DNA of 64,000 nt, from positions 1-64,000 of IMG/VR virus record IMGVR_UViG_3300033566_000060. The stretch is one strand, 5' to 3'. The stretch comes from a virus. Shown one piece after another: positions 43,022-53,088 of the stretch (the stretch's first letter is position 1; the number at the start of each line of letters is the position of its first letter). The translations under genes were made by a program, and so were the position numbers. The notes under the pieces are model-generated. The model searched no databases. It worked only from the letters and a program-made list of their open reading frames with translations, and was not told where the DNA came from.

Positions 43022-43369
43022 ATGACGCTAAAAGAACACATAAAAAGTAGATCCTATGCCGTTCCAATCATAATGGTTTGGATGTGCATGGTTTGTTTTT
43101 GGTGTTCGTATGCAGATTTTTATTTTTATGGCTTTGAGATAATCACAAAATTGATAGACGTTTCTTTTCTGTTTTGTTTTTTTATGTACGGGCATAGTGA
43201 GAATTGGGGATTTGTTGCTAAAAAGTCGTTACTGACATTAGTGATGTTTAACGGAATTAATTTGATACATCAATTGTATTTGATTGAAAATTACTACTTT
43301 TATATCCTGATGACAATCGTAACTTATTTTTCAACCCTATTAATCTACAGTATATGCAAAAGTGGATAG
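43022..43369 (+). CDS. multi-pass membrane protein
   Basis: Three to four hydrophobic helices. Confidence 0.6.
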   Translation: MTLKEHIKSRSYAVPIIMVWMCMVCFWCSYADFYFYGFEIITKLIDVSFLFCFFMYGHSENWGFVAKKSLLTLVMFNGINLIHQLYLIENYYFYILMTIVTYFSTLLIYSICKSG

Positions 43370-43644
43370 ACTTATTTTTAGCTTTAATAAAGCAAACACC
43401 GAACAACAAGGTTTTTTCCATCATGTTTCTAATCACTGTTGCATTAAGTTATACCGCCTATTACAATGTACAAAATTACAGAAGAGATATTCACGATTGC
43501 CGGGATAGACTTGACAATAACACTCGTTATTATGAGGAAAAAATTGATGCAATTCATCAGGAAAACAAAGCAGAATATAGGGAATTATTACAATACTATA
43601 AAGATTTATCAAAAGAAACCGAACGATTAAAAAAAGAAATATAG
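43354..43644 (+). CDS. single-pass membrane protein with coiled-coil tail
   Basis: N-terminal helix FSIMFLITVALSYTAYY. Confidence 0.55.
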   Translation: MQKWIDLFLALIKQTPNNKVFSIMFLITVALSYTAYYNVQNYRRDIHDCRDRLDNNTRYYEEKIDAIHQENKAEYRELLQYYKDLSKETERLKKEI

Positions 43645-43848
43645 ATGAAGACAGTAAGTTATTTTTGCGTTGTAATTGTAGGGGCATTATTCCTTTATAA
43701 TCCAAAGCCGGAATCGAAGACCGTTTCTGTAAACGCGTTTGATTTTAACCATGTACGTCAACCGGAACTACAGGAATGCGATAAATACCGACAAAAAATA
43801 GAAAGCGATTTAAAGGAAATTAAAGAAAATATTAATTCTAAAAAATGA
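43645..43848 (+). CDS. small N-terminally anchored or secreted protein
   Basis: N-terminus MKTVSYFCVVIVGALFLY. The start abuts the upstream stop. Confidence 0.55.
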   Translation: MKTVSYFCVVIVGALFLYNPKPESKTVSVNAFDFNHVRQPELQECDKYRQKIESDLKEIKENINSKK

Positions 43849-43852
43849 GTGT

Positions 43853-44035
43853 ATGAGACTATTTGAACATTTTAAGACAACCATAATTGGATTGTTTTTT
43901 ATTGGTGTGGCGTTTTTTTACGAGTGGGAAAATTGGGTGATGTTCACTTTTATCGCAATCGGTATTTTGCTTTTATTTGCAAAAGACCAGGTTCCGGAAG
44001 TCATCACGAAACTAACCGATAAATTCTTGAAATAA
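43853..44035 (+). CDS. holin candidate (two TM helices)
   Basis: 60 aa with two hydrophobic helices and a charged C-terminus. Stop overlaps the endolysin ATG. Confidence 0.5.
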   Translation: MRLFEHFKTTIIGLFFIGVAFFYEWENWVMFTFIAIGILLLFAKDQVPEVITKLTDKFLK

Positions 44036-44535
44036 TGGATCCGATTACACTCACAAGAATAAAAGAAGCGCATCCGAAAGTTCGTGAAATGCTTTTAGTA
44101 CACTACAATGAGGCGAATAATTTATTAGGCAGAAATGTACGTTTGCGTTTTGCATACGTTTACCGTTCACCAGAACTACAGCATCAATTGTTTTTACAAA
44201 GACCAAAGGTAACAAATGCCGATTCATGGCAGTCTATTCATAACTTTGGTTTAGCATTCGACATCGTATTACTATATGACAAGGATGACGATGGAAACTT
44301 TGAAACCGCATCTTGGGACATGGTAAAAGATGGTGATGGTGATAAGATTGCCGATTGGATGGAAGTCACTAATTACTTTAAATCAAAAGGTTGGACGTGG
44401 GGCGGTGATTGGAAAAAATTTAAAGACGGCCCACATTTCGAAATGAATTTTGGTTTCGATTGGAAAACTTTAAAAGCAAGAGTTGAGAAAGGTATTACCG
44501 TGACTGACAACGGAATTGTTTATCCTAAAATTTAA
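44035..44535 (+). CDS. peptidase M15 (VanY / L-Ala-D-Glu peptidase-like) endolysin
   Basis: SIHNFGLAFD (SxHxxGxAxD) and WTWGGDW...DGPHFE zinc-ligand motifs of the LAS/M15 family. Confidence 0.85.
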   Translation: MDPITLTRIKEAHPKVREMLLVHYNEANNLLGRNVRLRFAYVYRSPELQHQLFLQRPKVTNADSWQSIHNFGLAFDIVLLYDKDDDGNFETASWDMVKDGDGDKIADWMEVTNYFKSKGWTWGGDWKKFKDGPHFEMNFGFDWKTLKARVEKGITVTDNGIVYPKI

Positions 44536-44538
44536 GAC

Positions 44539-45195
44539 ATGCAAATAAACTTAACTGAAGTACGCAGAAGAGCAGGAAAGATAATTTTATACGTTGTGAT
44601 TTTAGTTTTAGTAGCAATGCTATTCCAAAAATGCAACAATGAAACATCACTGAAAACCGCTTTATCTGCATCACAGAGCCAAACGACTTATTATAAGAAT
44701 CAGTTAGGCACTGTAACGGCGACGAACCAAGTATTACAGTTAAATAAAAAACAATTGGATGACTTGGTACTATCCAAAGACGCGGAATTAAAAGCGTTGG
44801 CCGATGAATTTGCAAAAGTAAAAACTATTGTGAAATGGAAAACACTAACCAAATTTGACAGTATTTTAGTGCCGTTTGAAACAAAGGCACCTTGCACTTT
44901 CGAACGTGAAGGGGAGGTAAAAAAAGAATGGTACGGATTAGGGTATAAAGTCAATCAAGACGGACTAAACATTACCGAATTTGAAACATGGAATGAAACA
45001 ACCGTGATTACCGGAGTCAAGCGTAAATGGTTTTGGGGTAAAGAAACCATCACTACCGACATCGCTAACTCCAATCCATTCCTATACAACGAAGACATGA
45101 AAACCATTGAAACAGTGGTGCCGAAAAAATGGTACGAATCTACTTTGTTCAAAGTCGGAATCGGGATTATCGGAGGATATTTAATAGCAAAATAA
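44539..45195 (+). CDS. N-terminally membrane-anchored protein (possible spanin-like lysis accessory)
   Basis: TM helix AGKIILYVVILVLVAMLF. Sits immediately after the endolysin. The function is inferred from position only. Confidence 0.6.
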   Translation: MQINLTEVRRRAGKIILYVVILVLVAMLFQKCNNETSLKTALSASQSQTTYYKNQLGTVTATNQVLQLNKKQLDDLVLSKDAELKALADEFAKVKTIVKWKTLTKFDSILVPFETKAPCTFEREGEVKKEWYGLGYKVNQDGLNITEFETWNETTVITGVKRKWFWGKETITTDIANSNPFLYNEDMKTIETVVPKKWYESTLFKVGIGIIGGYLIAK

Positions 45196-45202
45196 AAAAG
45201 CC

Positions 45203-46087
45203 ATGACAAAAATAAAAAACATAGTAGTTTACAATTACGACAATAACATCTCAGACGACGACTTTTTAGTAGGTTCTGATGCGGACACCCAAAACAAAGA
45301 AACGAAAAGCTATGCGATGGGTGCTGTTCGCCAATTCTTGTTGTCGGGACTTTCACCAGAAGTAGGCGGGACACTCAGAATGACAGAAGTGGTTTGTGAA
45401 GATGAATTGGTATTGACTCCGGAAGCGGTTTTAAACGCTTTGGATCCATCATTAACAGTATTACAATACCATTTGGTATTTGTGAAACTGAACGGACAGC
45501 AATTCTTATTCACAAAACAAGACATTGTGGTGGGAAATGGCGAAGACTATACTGTGGTAAATGAAGATTTTATTGAGTTTCCTGTTTCAGTTGGGCCACA
45601 AGGACCGCAAGGTGAAATAGGACCAAAAGGAGACCAGGGAGACCAAGGATTACAAGGAGAGGATGGACTTCCAGGAGAAGATGGTGCCGATGGTGTTTCT
45701 GTGGTAGCATCAGGAACAACCACTACTGTTACAGGAACCGGTACAGAATTGGATCCGTATAAAGTAGAAGAAGAAAACCTTCAAAAAACAATCAGTACAT
45801 TCCCTTATACACTTACCGATGCCGATGACAAGTACACTATTTTTGTGGATAACAGCGCTTCGAATATAACAATCAATGTTCCAGGTACTTTAAAGGCGAA
45901 ATTTGCTTGTGTTTTTGTACAATTAGGGACAGGATTGGTTAGCTTTACAGGAACAGCAAGTGCGACTCTGAAATTACCTACAGGATATGTGGCTGAAATT
46001 ATCGTACAGAACGGATGGGTTTTAGTTGAAAAAAGACTCACGAGTACCGATTATCATTTGGGCGGGTATTTAGCAACAACAATGTAA
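45203..46087 (+). CDS. collagen-like tail fibre protein 2
   Basis: N-terminus MTKIKNIVVYNYDNNISDDDFLVGSDADTQNKETK is homologous to fibre 1. Gly-X-Y run GPQGPQGEIGPKGDQGDQGLQGEDGLPGEDGADG at about 45593-45694. Confidence 0.8.
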   Translation: MTKIKNIVVYNYDNNISDDDFLVGSDADTQNKETKSYAMGAVRQFLLSGLSPEVGGTLRMTEVVCEDELVLTPEAVLNALDPSLTVLQYHLVFVKLNGQQFLFTKQDIVVGNGEDYTVVNEDFIEFPVSVGPQGPQGEIGPKGDQGDQGLQGEDGLPGEDGADGVSVVASGTTTTVTGTGTELDPYKVEEENLQKTISTFPYTLTDADDKYTIFVDNSASNITINVPGTLKAKFACVFVQLGTGLVSFTGTASATLKLPTGYVAEIIVQNGWVLVEKRLTSTDYHLGGYLATTM

Positions 46088-46093
46088 CTTATC

Positions 46094-46504
46094 ATGATAC
46101 GAAAACTTAAACGATTTTATGCAGCAGGAGGCCCTTTCGGAAGCGATGTTGGCGGCGGTGGCGGTCCAGAAATTACTTTAGAAATGACTTCCTCTGCTCC
46201 ATTAGCTGGAGAAGGGACGCTTGATTTTACAGGCGGAGAAGACAGCGAAGTGATAACATTGCTATTCACTATAACCGATTATCCGGAAGAACCATTGGTT
46301 TCTTTTTCTGCCCCAGTTAGTGTTGGCAGTTTGGAAAGTCTTCATTTAACCAGAACAGGAACAGTGACATTGGATGGATCAGGCAACGCCACATCAGATT
46401 ACACGATAACGGACAATACAAGATGTACGGTTCAGATAACGGCAAGAAGCAGTGGATTGGGTATTCCGGTAAGTGATACGACGATAATTTCCACATTATT
46501 GTAA
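46094..46504 (+). CDS. hypothetical protein
   Basis: 136-aa ORF following fibre 2. Confidence 0.6.
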   Translation: MIRKLKRFYAAGGPFGSDVGGGGGPEITLEMTSSAPLAGEGTLDFTGGEDSEVITLLFTITDYPEEPLVSFSAPVSVGSLESLHLTRTGTVTLDGSGNATSDYTITDNTRCTVQITARSSGLGIPVSDTTIISTLL

Positions 46505-46553
46505 TTGGTATAAAAATAAAAGTATTTTTGTTAAATAATTTAATCCAAATAAA

Positions 46554-46805
46554 ATGCAGGAAAATAAAGTACGAAGAGTAACGGTAGATAACGGGCGTTC
46601 CAATCCGATGAACTACGTTGTGGGGGGACAACACCCGATACCACAGAAAAACAATCCGATCGAAAAAGACATTTTAGTAGTCTTGGAGATTACGGAAACG
46701 GAAGCACATTTTTTAGTGTACCTGGTTCACAAAGACAATTCGGTGCAATTGTGGAAGAAAGTGCCGAAAAACGAGTACACCACACCGGAATACTTTATTG
46801 ACTAA
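46554..46805 (+). CDS. hypothetical protein
   Basis: 83-aa ORF. Confidence 0.6.
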   Translation: MQENKVRRVTVDNGRSNPMNYVVGGQHPIPQKNNPIEKDILVVLEITETEAHFLVYLVHKDNSVQLWKKVPKNEYTTPEYFID

Positions 46806-46808
46806 GCG

Positions 46809-47372
46809 ATGAAAAGCCCAACAAGTTTTTTGATTACTCCCAGAAATTCAGAACAGTATCTCAACACAAAAAAGATTGGAGATACTAAACTGATTGTCAA
46901 CACATCCATCGAAGACCACAAAGACGTACAAAGAGTCGGAGTGGTGCAAAGTGTACCGTTGACCTATAATGGAGAGATACGAAAAGGAGACGAAGTGGTG
47001 GTGCATCACAACGTATTTCGTATCACGTACAACGACAAAGGAATTCCAATGCAGTCCTTATACCATGTGGAGAACGATTTGTTTTCCATAACCAACGATA
47101 TGATTTACATGATTATCCGGGACGGTAAAAAGATTGCTTTTGACGATAATGTTTTTATCGAGCCGGTGAATTATAATGATAAGTGGGAAGGATTCAAAGA
47201 AATGCAACATACTGGAGTCGTTCGTTTTGCGAATGAAGCACTGAAACTGTCCGGAATAAAAGAAGGCGATTTGATTGCCTACAGACGAAATTGCGAGTAC
47301 GAATTCCTATTGGATAATGAACGTTTTTACAATATGAAAAACAAGCGTATTCTCGCAAAATTAAACCCGTAA
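46809..47372 (+). CDS. hypothetical protein, weak GroES-fold resemblance
   Basis: LITP...KLIVNTS...RVGVVQSVP...GEIRKGDEVVVHHNVF resembles the Cpn10/gp31-type pattern. Speculative. Confidence 0.6.
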   Translation: MKSPTSFLITPRNSEQYLNTKKIGDTKLIVNTSIEDHKDVQRVGVVQSVPLTYNGEIRKGDEVVVHHNVFRITYNDKGIPMQSLYHVENDLFSITNDMIYMIIRDGKKIAFDDNVFIEPVNYNDKWEGFKEMQHTGVVRFANEALKLSGIKEGDLIAYRRNCEYEFLLDNERFYNMKNKRILAKLNP

Positions 47373-47391
47373 CCAATTAATTTTTTATATC

Positions 47392-47703
47392 ATGTCCAGA
47401 ATCAAAACAGTAACGCAAGCAACATCGAAAACAACCGGTGTAGAGATTAACGCAAAAAATGGCGTAATCACGACTGTAGCTTTAACGGATGCCGCCGACA
47501 CCAAATTTGAGTTTACGGTGAGTAACAACAAAATCTACCCAACGTCAAACATTCAGTTGACAGCAAAATACGCGGGTACGACAGGAGTTCCACACGTATA
47601 TCTTAAATCAAAAGACCGTTTTTCGTGCGTGATCGTAGTAGCCAATGTAGGTGTAGCTGTTTTAAACGCAGCCGTTTCCATTGAAATGAACGTAGTAGGA
47701 TAA
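47392..47703 (+). CDS. hypothetical small beta-rich protein
   Basis: 103-aa ORF followed by a terminator. Confidence 0.65.
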   Translation: MSRIKTVTQATSKTTGVEINAKNGVITTVALTDAADTKFEFTVSNNKIYPTSNIQLTAKYAGTTGVPHVYLKSKDRFSCVIVVANVGVAVLNAAVSIEMNVVG

Positions 47704-47722
47704 CCAACCCTACTCAGGATTA

Positions 47723-47752
47723 AACCGATAGAAAATTTCTATCGGTTTTTTT
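47723..47752 (+). terminator. rho-independent terminator
   Basis: AACCGATAGA-aaatt-TCTATCGGTT followed by a T-run. Confidence 0.75.
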
Positions 47753-47755
47753 TGT

Positions 47756-47763
47756 TACATTTG
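47756..47763 (+). promoter_or_regulatory. -7 promoter box TACATTTG
   Basis: TAnnTTTG match about 20 nt upstream of ATG 47784. Confidence 0.5.
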
Positions 47764-47783
47764 TTTTTATTCAATCTAATTAA

Positions 47784-50432
47784 ATGAAAGACCTTAGTAA
47801 AGACATAGAAGTAGCGATTTCCGATGCGATAAACGGAATGACTTCCGACATTAACATTCTCGACGTGGATGACGACAAGTTGGGAAAGCTGATGAAATCC
47901 CGTATCGATTCCTTTGTTTCCATAAAAGAGATGATTGTATTATGGGAGTCTTCACAGAATTCACCGAGCAACGACAAATTAAGGACGTATGTAAAACGAC
48001 TGATAAAGTCCGGTGAAAATACCATTGATATTTTACGTCAAGCCCTTAGAAGAAAAATTGAGTTCAGTGAATTGGACGCGGAGAAACACGGTACGGCTAT
48101 TGCGAGTAAACCGGTATTGTTCCGCGCCATAAACGAGATAAATTCCGGAGTGATAGAATTAAAACTCCAATTGGATTCCGATAAGATTGACTTAAAATCT
48201 CGTGAATTCCAAAGAGGTTTCCCGGAGAAATTTGCCAATCAGGAATTCTTTCCAGAGAAAGATTATTACAAAGAATGGTACAATGAAAAGGAAGACGCAA
48301 TCCTGCTTTGTCCGAAAGGAACCAAAGGAGAGATAATCGTTTTGGACAATCTCAGAATCCAATTACCGCTACCACCAAAAAATAAAAAAGAGATATTGTT
48401 CCACGATTTACCCGAAGAAGAACAGTATTGGAGAAGACCGGAGCTACCTAAAGGATTATCACCTGAAACCGAAGATATGTACACTGAGTATATCTTGGGA
48501 GAGTTCCAAAGACGTAGGGAAGGCTGTTGGTTTATGAATAACGGAAAACCTATATGGTTAACTCCTGCACACTATATGGGATTAGTACATAATCAAATGC
48601 TTGATACTGGGGGATATAAAGACTTCCGTATGGCGCAATGTTTTATGTATTATTTCACTTTAGCGTGTATCGCAGACCCAAGAAGTGTAGGAGAACTCTT
48701 TATAAAAGGCAGGAGAACTGGATTTACTGAAGAGATTATAGATTACTTTGTTAACGACTCAACCTCATTTAAGAATTCCCTTATGGGTATGACTTCAAAA
48801 ACAGGAACAGATGCTCAGGAAGCCTTTTTAAAATATTCTTATGTAGTTCAAAATTTACCATTCTTTTTTCGACCTGTAATTAAAGGGAAGATTGATGATC
48901 GAAATAAAATGGAATTCGGAAAACCTTCCGATAATACTAAGAACGCTAAAAAATTAAGAGATACAAACACAAGCGATTACCTAAATACTAAAGTGGATTG
49001 GATGAATACAACTACACTTTCTTATGACTCAAAAAGATTAAAAAGATATTTAGGTGATGAATTTTCAAAATGGGAACGTCCGTTAAACTACATTGACCAT
49101 TGGGGAAATATTAAGCCGACAATGCTGCAGGGAGGTAATGTTGTAGGAAAAGCATTTCTTGGAAGCACGATGAACCCTCTATCAAAAGGCGGGAATGAGG
49201 CAATAACATTATATTATGGTTCTGACATAACAAAAAGAAATGCCAATGGAAGAACAGCAACAGGACTGTATTCTTTTTTCTTACCGGCCCATAAAAACAT
49301 GGAAATGTTTACAGATAAATATGGAATTTGCCATGAAATTGTAGCGCCTGGAGAATTTTTCTACAACAACCAAGGAGTAAAACAGACGCAAGGTTCATTA
49401 CAGTATTTGGAAAATGAGTTTCGTTCTGCAAAGTCTATGGGAAACAAAGCCTATAACAATGCTAGGCGTTTAGATCCGATAACTATTGAAGACGCATTCC
49501 GTGACGAAATTGCTTCACAGTTATTTGATGTGGAAAAAATAAACCAACAGATAAAATACAATAGAGACTTAAATATTTCGCATAATTTAGTTCGTGGGAA
49601 TTTCGAATGGCGAGACGGAATAAAAGATACCGAGGTTATTTGGAAACCTAGTGATAAAGGACGTTTCTTATTATCTTGGCTCCCACCAAAAGACATGACA
49701 AATAAGTGGGTTACTAAAAATATTTTCGGTCAAATAACAAAATGCCCGGTTAATGAAGATATTGGAGTTTTTGGAATAGATAGCTACGATCAGACGGCTG
49801 TAGTAGATGCTAAATTAATTTCAACAGATAACGGAACCGAATATGATTTAGGTTCTAAAGGGGCGATGCATGGTGTTACCGGATTTAACATTCAAGATGC
49901 GCCAAGTAATATATTTTTCCTTGAATATGTAGCAAGACCAAAGGATGCGGACACTTTTTTTGAAGACTGTTTGATGGCGTGTATATTTTACTCAATGCCT
50001 GTATTAGTTGAAAATAACAAGAAGATGTTATTGAAACACTTCAAGGTACGTGGGTATCGAGGATTTTCAATAACCCGTTTTGATAAAGACTCCAATCGAT
50101 TATCGGTAGATGAAAAAGAATTGGGAGGAATCCCAAATAACTCACAAGATATTATCAATCAACATTGGACCGCTATTGAAACTTACATTAACAATTATGT
50201 AGGGGAATACCAATGCGATGAAGATTCAACGCCACTACGAGAAATAGGTGAGATTGGATATATGCCATTTGACAGAACACTTTCAGATTGGTTGAAATTC
50301 ACGCCGGAAAACAGAACTAAATTTGACGCTTCCATTTCCTCCGGTTTGGCGCTTATGGCTTTGAACAGAAAGAAATACAAGCATGTAGCAGAGCAGAAAA
50401 CAATAGAGCTTAAATTTAAAAGATACAGTTAA
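47784..50432 (+). CDS. terL: terminase large subunit with long N-terminal extension
   Basis: P-loop-like KGRRTGFT near residue 305, Walker-B-like YLGDEFSKW, GSTMNP coupling motif, and nuclease-type FGIDSYDQ. Directly upstream of the portal gene. Confidence 0.7.
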   Translation: MKDLSKDIEVAISDAINGMTSDINILDVDDDKLGKLMKSRIDSFVSIKEMIVLWESSQNSPSNDKLRTYVKRLIKSGENTIDILRQALRRKIEFSELDAEKHGTAIASKPVLFRAINEINSGVIELKLQLDSDKIDLKSREFQRGFPEKFANQEFFPEKDYYKEWYNEKEDAILLCPKGTKGEIIVLDNLRIQLPLPPKNKKEILFHDLPEEEQYWRRPELPKGLSPETEDMYTEYILGEFQRRREGCWFMNNGKPIWLTPAHYMGLVHNQMLDTGGYKDFRMAQCFMYYFTLACIADPRSVGELFIKGRRTGFTEEIIDYFVNDSTSFKNSLMGMTSKTGTDAQEAFLKYSYVVQNLPFFFRPVIKGKIDDRNKMEFGKPSDNTKNAKKLRDTNTSDYLNTKVDWMNTTTLSYDSKRLKRYLGDEFSKWERPLNYIDHWGNIKPTMLQGGNVVGKAFLGSTMNPLSKGGNEAITLYYGSDITKRNANGRTATGLYSFFLPAHKNMEMFTDKYGICHEIVAPGEFFYNNQGVKQTQGSLQYLENEFRSAKSMGNKAYNNARRLDPITIEDAFRDEIASQLFDVEKINQQIKYNRDLNISHNLVRGNFEWRDGIKDTEVIWKPSDKGRFLLSWLPPKDMTNKWVTKNIFGQITKCPVNEDIGVFGIDSYDQTAVVDAKLISTDNGTEYDLGSKGAMHGVTGFNIQDAPSNIFFLEYVARPKDADTFFEDCLMACIFYSMPVLVENNKKMLLKHFKVRGYRGFSITRFDKDSNRLSVDEKELGGIPNNSQDIINQHWTAIETYINNYVGEYQCDEDSTPLREIGEIGYMPFDRTLSDWLKFTPENRTKFDASISSGLALMALNRKKYKHVAEQKTIELKFKRYS

Positions 50433-50490
50433 CAAAAAATATTTATCTTTACAGATGAAAAATACCACAACCTTATAATCCGTTGACAGA

Positions 50491-52908
50491 ATGGAAAATA
50501 CCAGACCGGAAATAAAAATCAAAGGCAATCATTCGTTTCCTTCACAACTTGATTCCTACGAAGAAAAAAAACAACCAAGTTGGGGATTGAATCTTGCCAG
50601 AGCGATTGAATCACAGTGGTTTTATAAAAATAATGGTGGGCACTGCCGTTTTTACACACAAAAAGAACAGATGGCAGAACGTAGATTGTACGCCAAAGGG
50701 CTGCAGTCTATGAAAAAGTATCGTGAAAAAATGGGTACCAATGGGGATTTATCGCTATTGAACCTTTCCGATAAACCGATTACACTTATTCCTAAATTGG
50801 TGGACGTGGTATGTAACGGAATGGCTAACCGTGATTATTCCATTCGCGCCAATGCGGTAGATAAACTGTCCATCGACGAAAAGATAAGCTACCGAAGACG
50901 TATCGAAGACGATATGCTGTCCAAAGATATTATCCTAAAAGCAAAGGAAACATTAGGTAAAGACATCGGGAACATGCCGATGGACAAACTTCCGGAAACC
51001 GAAGAAGAACTGAACCTACATTTGCAGTTAGAGTACAAACCGTCGATTGAGCTTTCAAACGAATTGGCTATCGATGTGGTATTCAAGGAAAACCGCTATA
51101 CGGACACCATTGAAAAACTCGTAAAAAAAGACCTTACTATTTTAGGAGAAGCATGGGTAAAACATTACTTCAACCCGCAAAGAGGGATTGTATTAAAATA
51201 TGTTGATCCGGAATACAAAATTCATTCGTACACCGACGACATGTTTTTCAGTAATTGTTTTTACCACGGCGAAGTGGAAACTGCATTAATTAGTGATTTG
51301 TTAGTAGAACACCAATGGCTAAACACCGCAGAGAACGAAGACCTTAGAAAACAGTTGGAATACTCTGGAGACAATTGGTACAAGTACCACAATATCAAGG
51401 AAGACCAACATATCAAAGGAACTACAACGATATTGAATTTCACGTACCGTACCACTCGTACCCGTGCAAAAAAAATAAAAGATAAAAAGTCCGGTTCCAA
51501 ATCGGTAATCCCGACTACTTTTAAAACAGGGGAAGCCAAACGGGACGATTTTAAAATTGTAACCATCCAGGAAGAGATTCTTTTTGAGGGAATTTTGGTA
51601 TTGGGTACCGACATTCTTTTAAAATGGGAGGTGGCTGAGAATTTGGCACGTCCAAAATCCAACAAACAAAAAGTAGTAGACCAATACATTGGTATCGCTC
51701 CAAACAAAGAACGCGGGTACATTGACTCTTTGGTACAACGAATGATACCGGTAGAAGATAAACTAAACGTCATCGAATTAAAAGCGGAACAGATTATCCA
51801 AAAGATAACGCCTGACGGATTCCAGATTGACGTTTCCGGATTAGCCGACTTGGATTTAGGGGAAGGGAAACTTACCGCAATGGACCACCTGAACATGTTG
51901 TTACAGACCGGTTCGATATTAACCAATAGCTACACGCAAGGCGGGGATTTTAATTACGCCAAAGATGTAATCAAGGAATTCAAGACCGGCGACTCGATAG
52001 GCAAGCTGAATGCATTGTCACAACAAAGGGAAGTGTATCTGAACATGATGCGTGATGTGATTGGATTGAACAAAGCCAGTGATGCATCCTCTCCGGACAA
52101 AGACTCTTTGGTGGGGTTGCAGAAAATGGCCGCTTTAAATTCCAATACCGCCACAAGACACATTTTGGATGGAGCCAACGATATTACCTTACGATTGGCA
52201 GAGGCAATCACCTATCGCTTTGGGGATGTGATGCGTTATTCGGAACTCAAAGAAGACTATGCGCGTAAAATCGGTGCTACTGCCGTAGTGGACTTGGAAT
52301 ACGCCAGTAAATTACACCTACATGATTTCGCTATCTTTTTGGAATTGGAGCCGGACGACGAGGAAAAAGCAAAATTGGAAGCGGATTTATCAGCAGAAGT
52401 ACAAGCCGGAACCATTGGAACCGACGACAAATACAAGGTGTTGAATATCAAAAACCGTAAATACTCGTACCAATACTTAGGCATCCTGAAAGAGAAACGC
52501 GCTAAAAAACAGCAGGAAATCAAAGCACAGGAGATGAAAATGCAAACCGAATCCAATATCCAATCCGCACAAGGAGCCGAAGCTGCCAAACAGCAGACGT
52601 ACCAAATGGAAGCGATGGTGAAGCAAGAAGTTCAAAAATTGGTAAACCAAGGGCTTATCGACAAAGAAATGGCAAAAGGAGAACAAGACCGATTGACGCA
52701 GGAGTTGAAAAACCAAGGGGCAGTGGAAGCGGCCAACGCGAATTTCGGAGGTGCGATGCAAAAACAGGAATACATCGAAGAGAAGAAAGACGCACGCGTT
52801 TTAAAACAAGGTAGCATCCAATCGGAAATATCGGACCAAAAGACCAACAATAAAGCGCCGAAAGATTTTGAAGCGGAAGATTTTGGACTACAGGAGTTCC
52901 AACCATAA
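50491..52908 (+). CDS. portal protein
   Basis: 805-aa ORF between terL and scaffold/MCP with a Q/E/K-rich C-terminal tail. The call rests on position and size. Confidence 0.6.
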   Translation: MENTRPEIKIKGNHSFPSQLDSYEEKKQPSWGLNLARAIESQWFYKNNGGHCRFYTQKEQMAERRLYAKGLQSMKKYREKMGTNGDLSLLNLSDKPITLIPKLVDVVCNGMANRDYSIRANAVDKLSIDEKISYRRRIEDDMLSKDIILKAKETLGKDIGNMPMDKLPETEEELNLHLQLEYKPSIELSNELAIDVVFKENRYTDTIEKLVKKDLTILGEAWVKHYFNPQRGIVLKYVDPEYKIHSYTDDMFFSNCFYHGEVETALISDLLVEHQWLNTAENEDLRKQLEYSGDNWYKYHNIKEDQHIKGTTTILNFTYRTTRTRAKKIKDKKSGSKSVIPTTFKTGEAKRDDFKIVTIQEEILFEGILVLGTDILLKWEVAENLARPKSNKQKVVDQYIGIAPNKERGYIDSLVQRMIPVEDKLNVIELKAEQIIQKITPDGFQIDVSGLADLDLGEGKLTAMDHLNMLLQTGSILTNSYTQGGDFNYAKDVIKEFKTGDSIGKLNALSQQREVYLNMMRDVIGLNKASDASSPDKDSLVGLQKMAALNSNTATRHILDGANDITLRLAEAITYRFGDVMRYSELKEDYARKIGATAVVDLEYASKLHLHDFAIFLELEPDDEEKAKLEADLSAEVQAGTIGTDDKYKVLNIKNRKYSYQYLGILKEKRAKKQQEIKAQEMKMQTESNIQSAQGAEAAKQQTYQMEAMVKQEVQKLVNQGLIDKEMAKGEQDRLTQELKNQGAVEAANANFGGAMQKQEYIEEKKDARVLKQGSIQSEISDQKTNNKAPKDFEAEDFGLQEFQP

Positions 52909-52916
52909 CATAAAAA

Positions 52917-52945
52917 AACCGAAGCGGGAACTTCGGTTTTTTTTA
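52917..52945 (+). terminator. rho-independent terminator
   Basis: AACCGAAG-cgggaa-CTTCGGTT followed by T8. Confidence 0.75.
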
Positions 52946-53088
52946 TTTCATACAGTTATCGTACCGCGAGACGTTCTTTCCTTACCATGAAGCGATAAAT
53001 ACCGATACATGCCGGCCAACGGAACTTGTTTTTGGTAAGGCACAGGCAGAACCCGAAAAGGTACTCTCTATGTCCGTTGATGATTTTG

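Noticed and set aside
39809-46087. A diversity-generating retroelement acting on the repeat-rich fibre or LRR genes.
   Set aside because: No reverse transcriptase ORF is present in the window. I noticed no template/variable repeat pair with adenine-specific differences.
51261-51926. 221-aa minus-strand ORF inside the portal gene, and similar antisense ORFs such as 31734..32108, 33805..34212, 44955..45374 and 52257..52906.
   Set aside because: Each lies wholly within a longer sense ORF that has coherent protein features. The antisense translations are Ser/Leu/Phe/Cys-rich, as expected from reading AT-rich coding DNA backwards.
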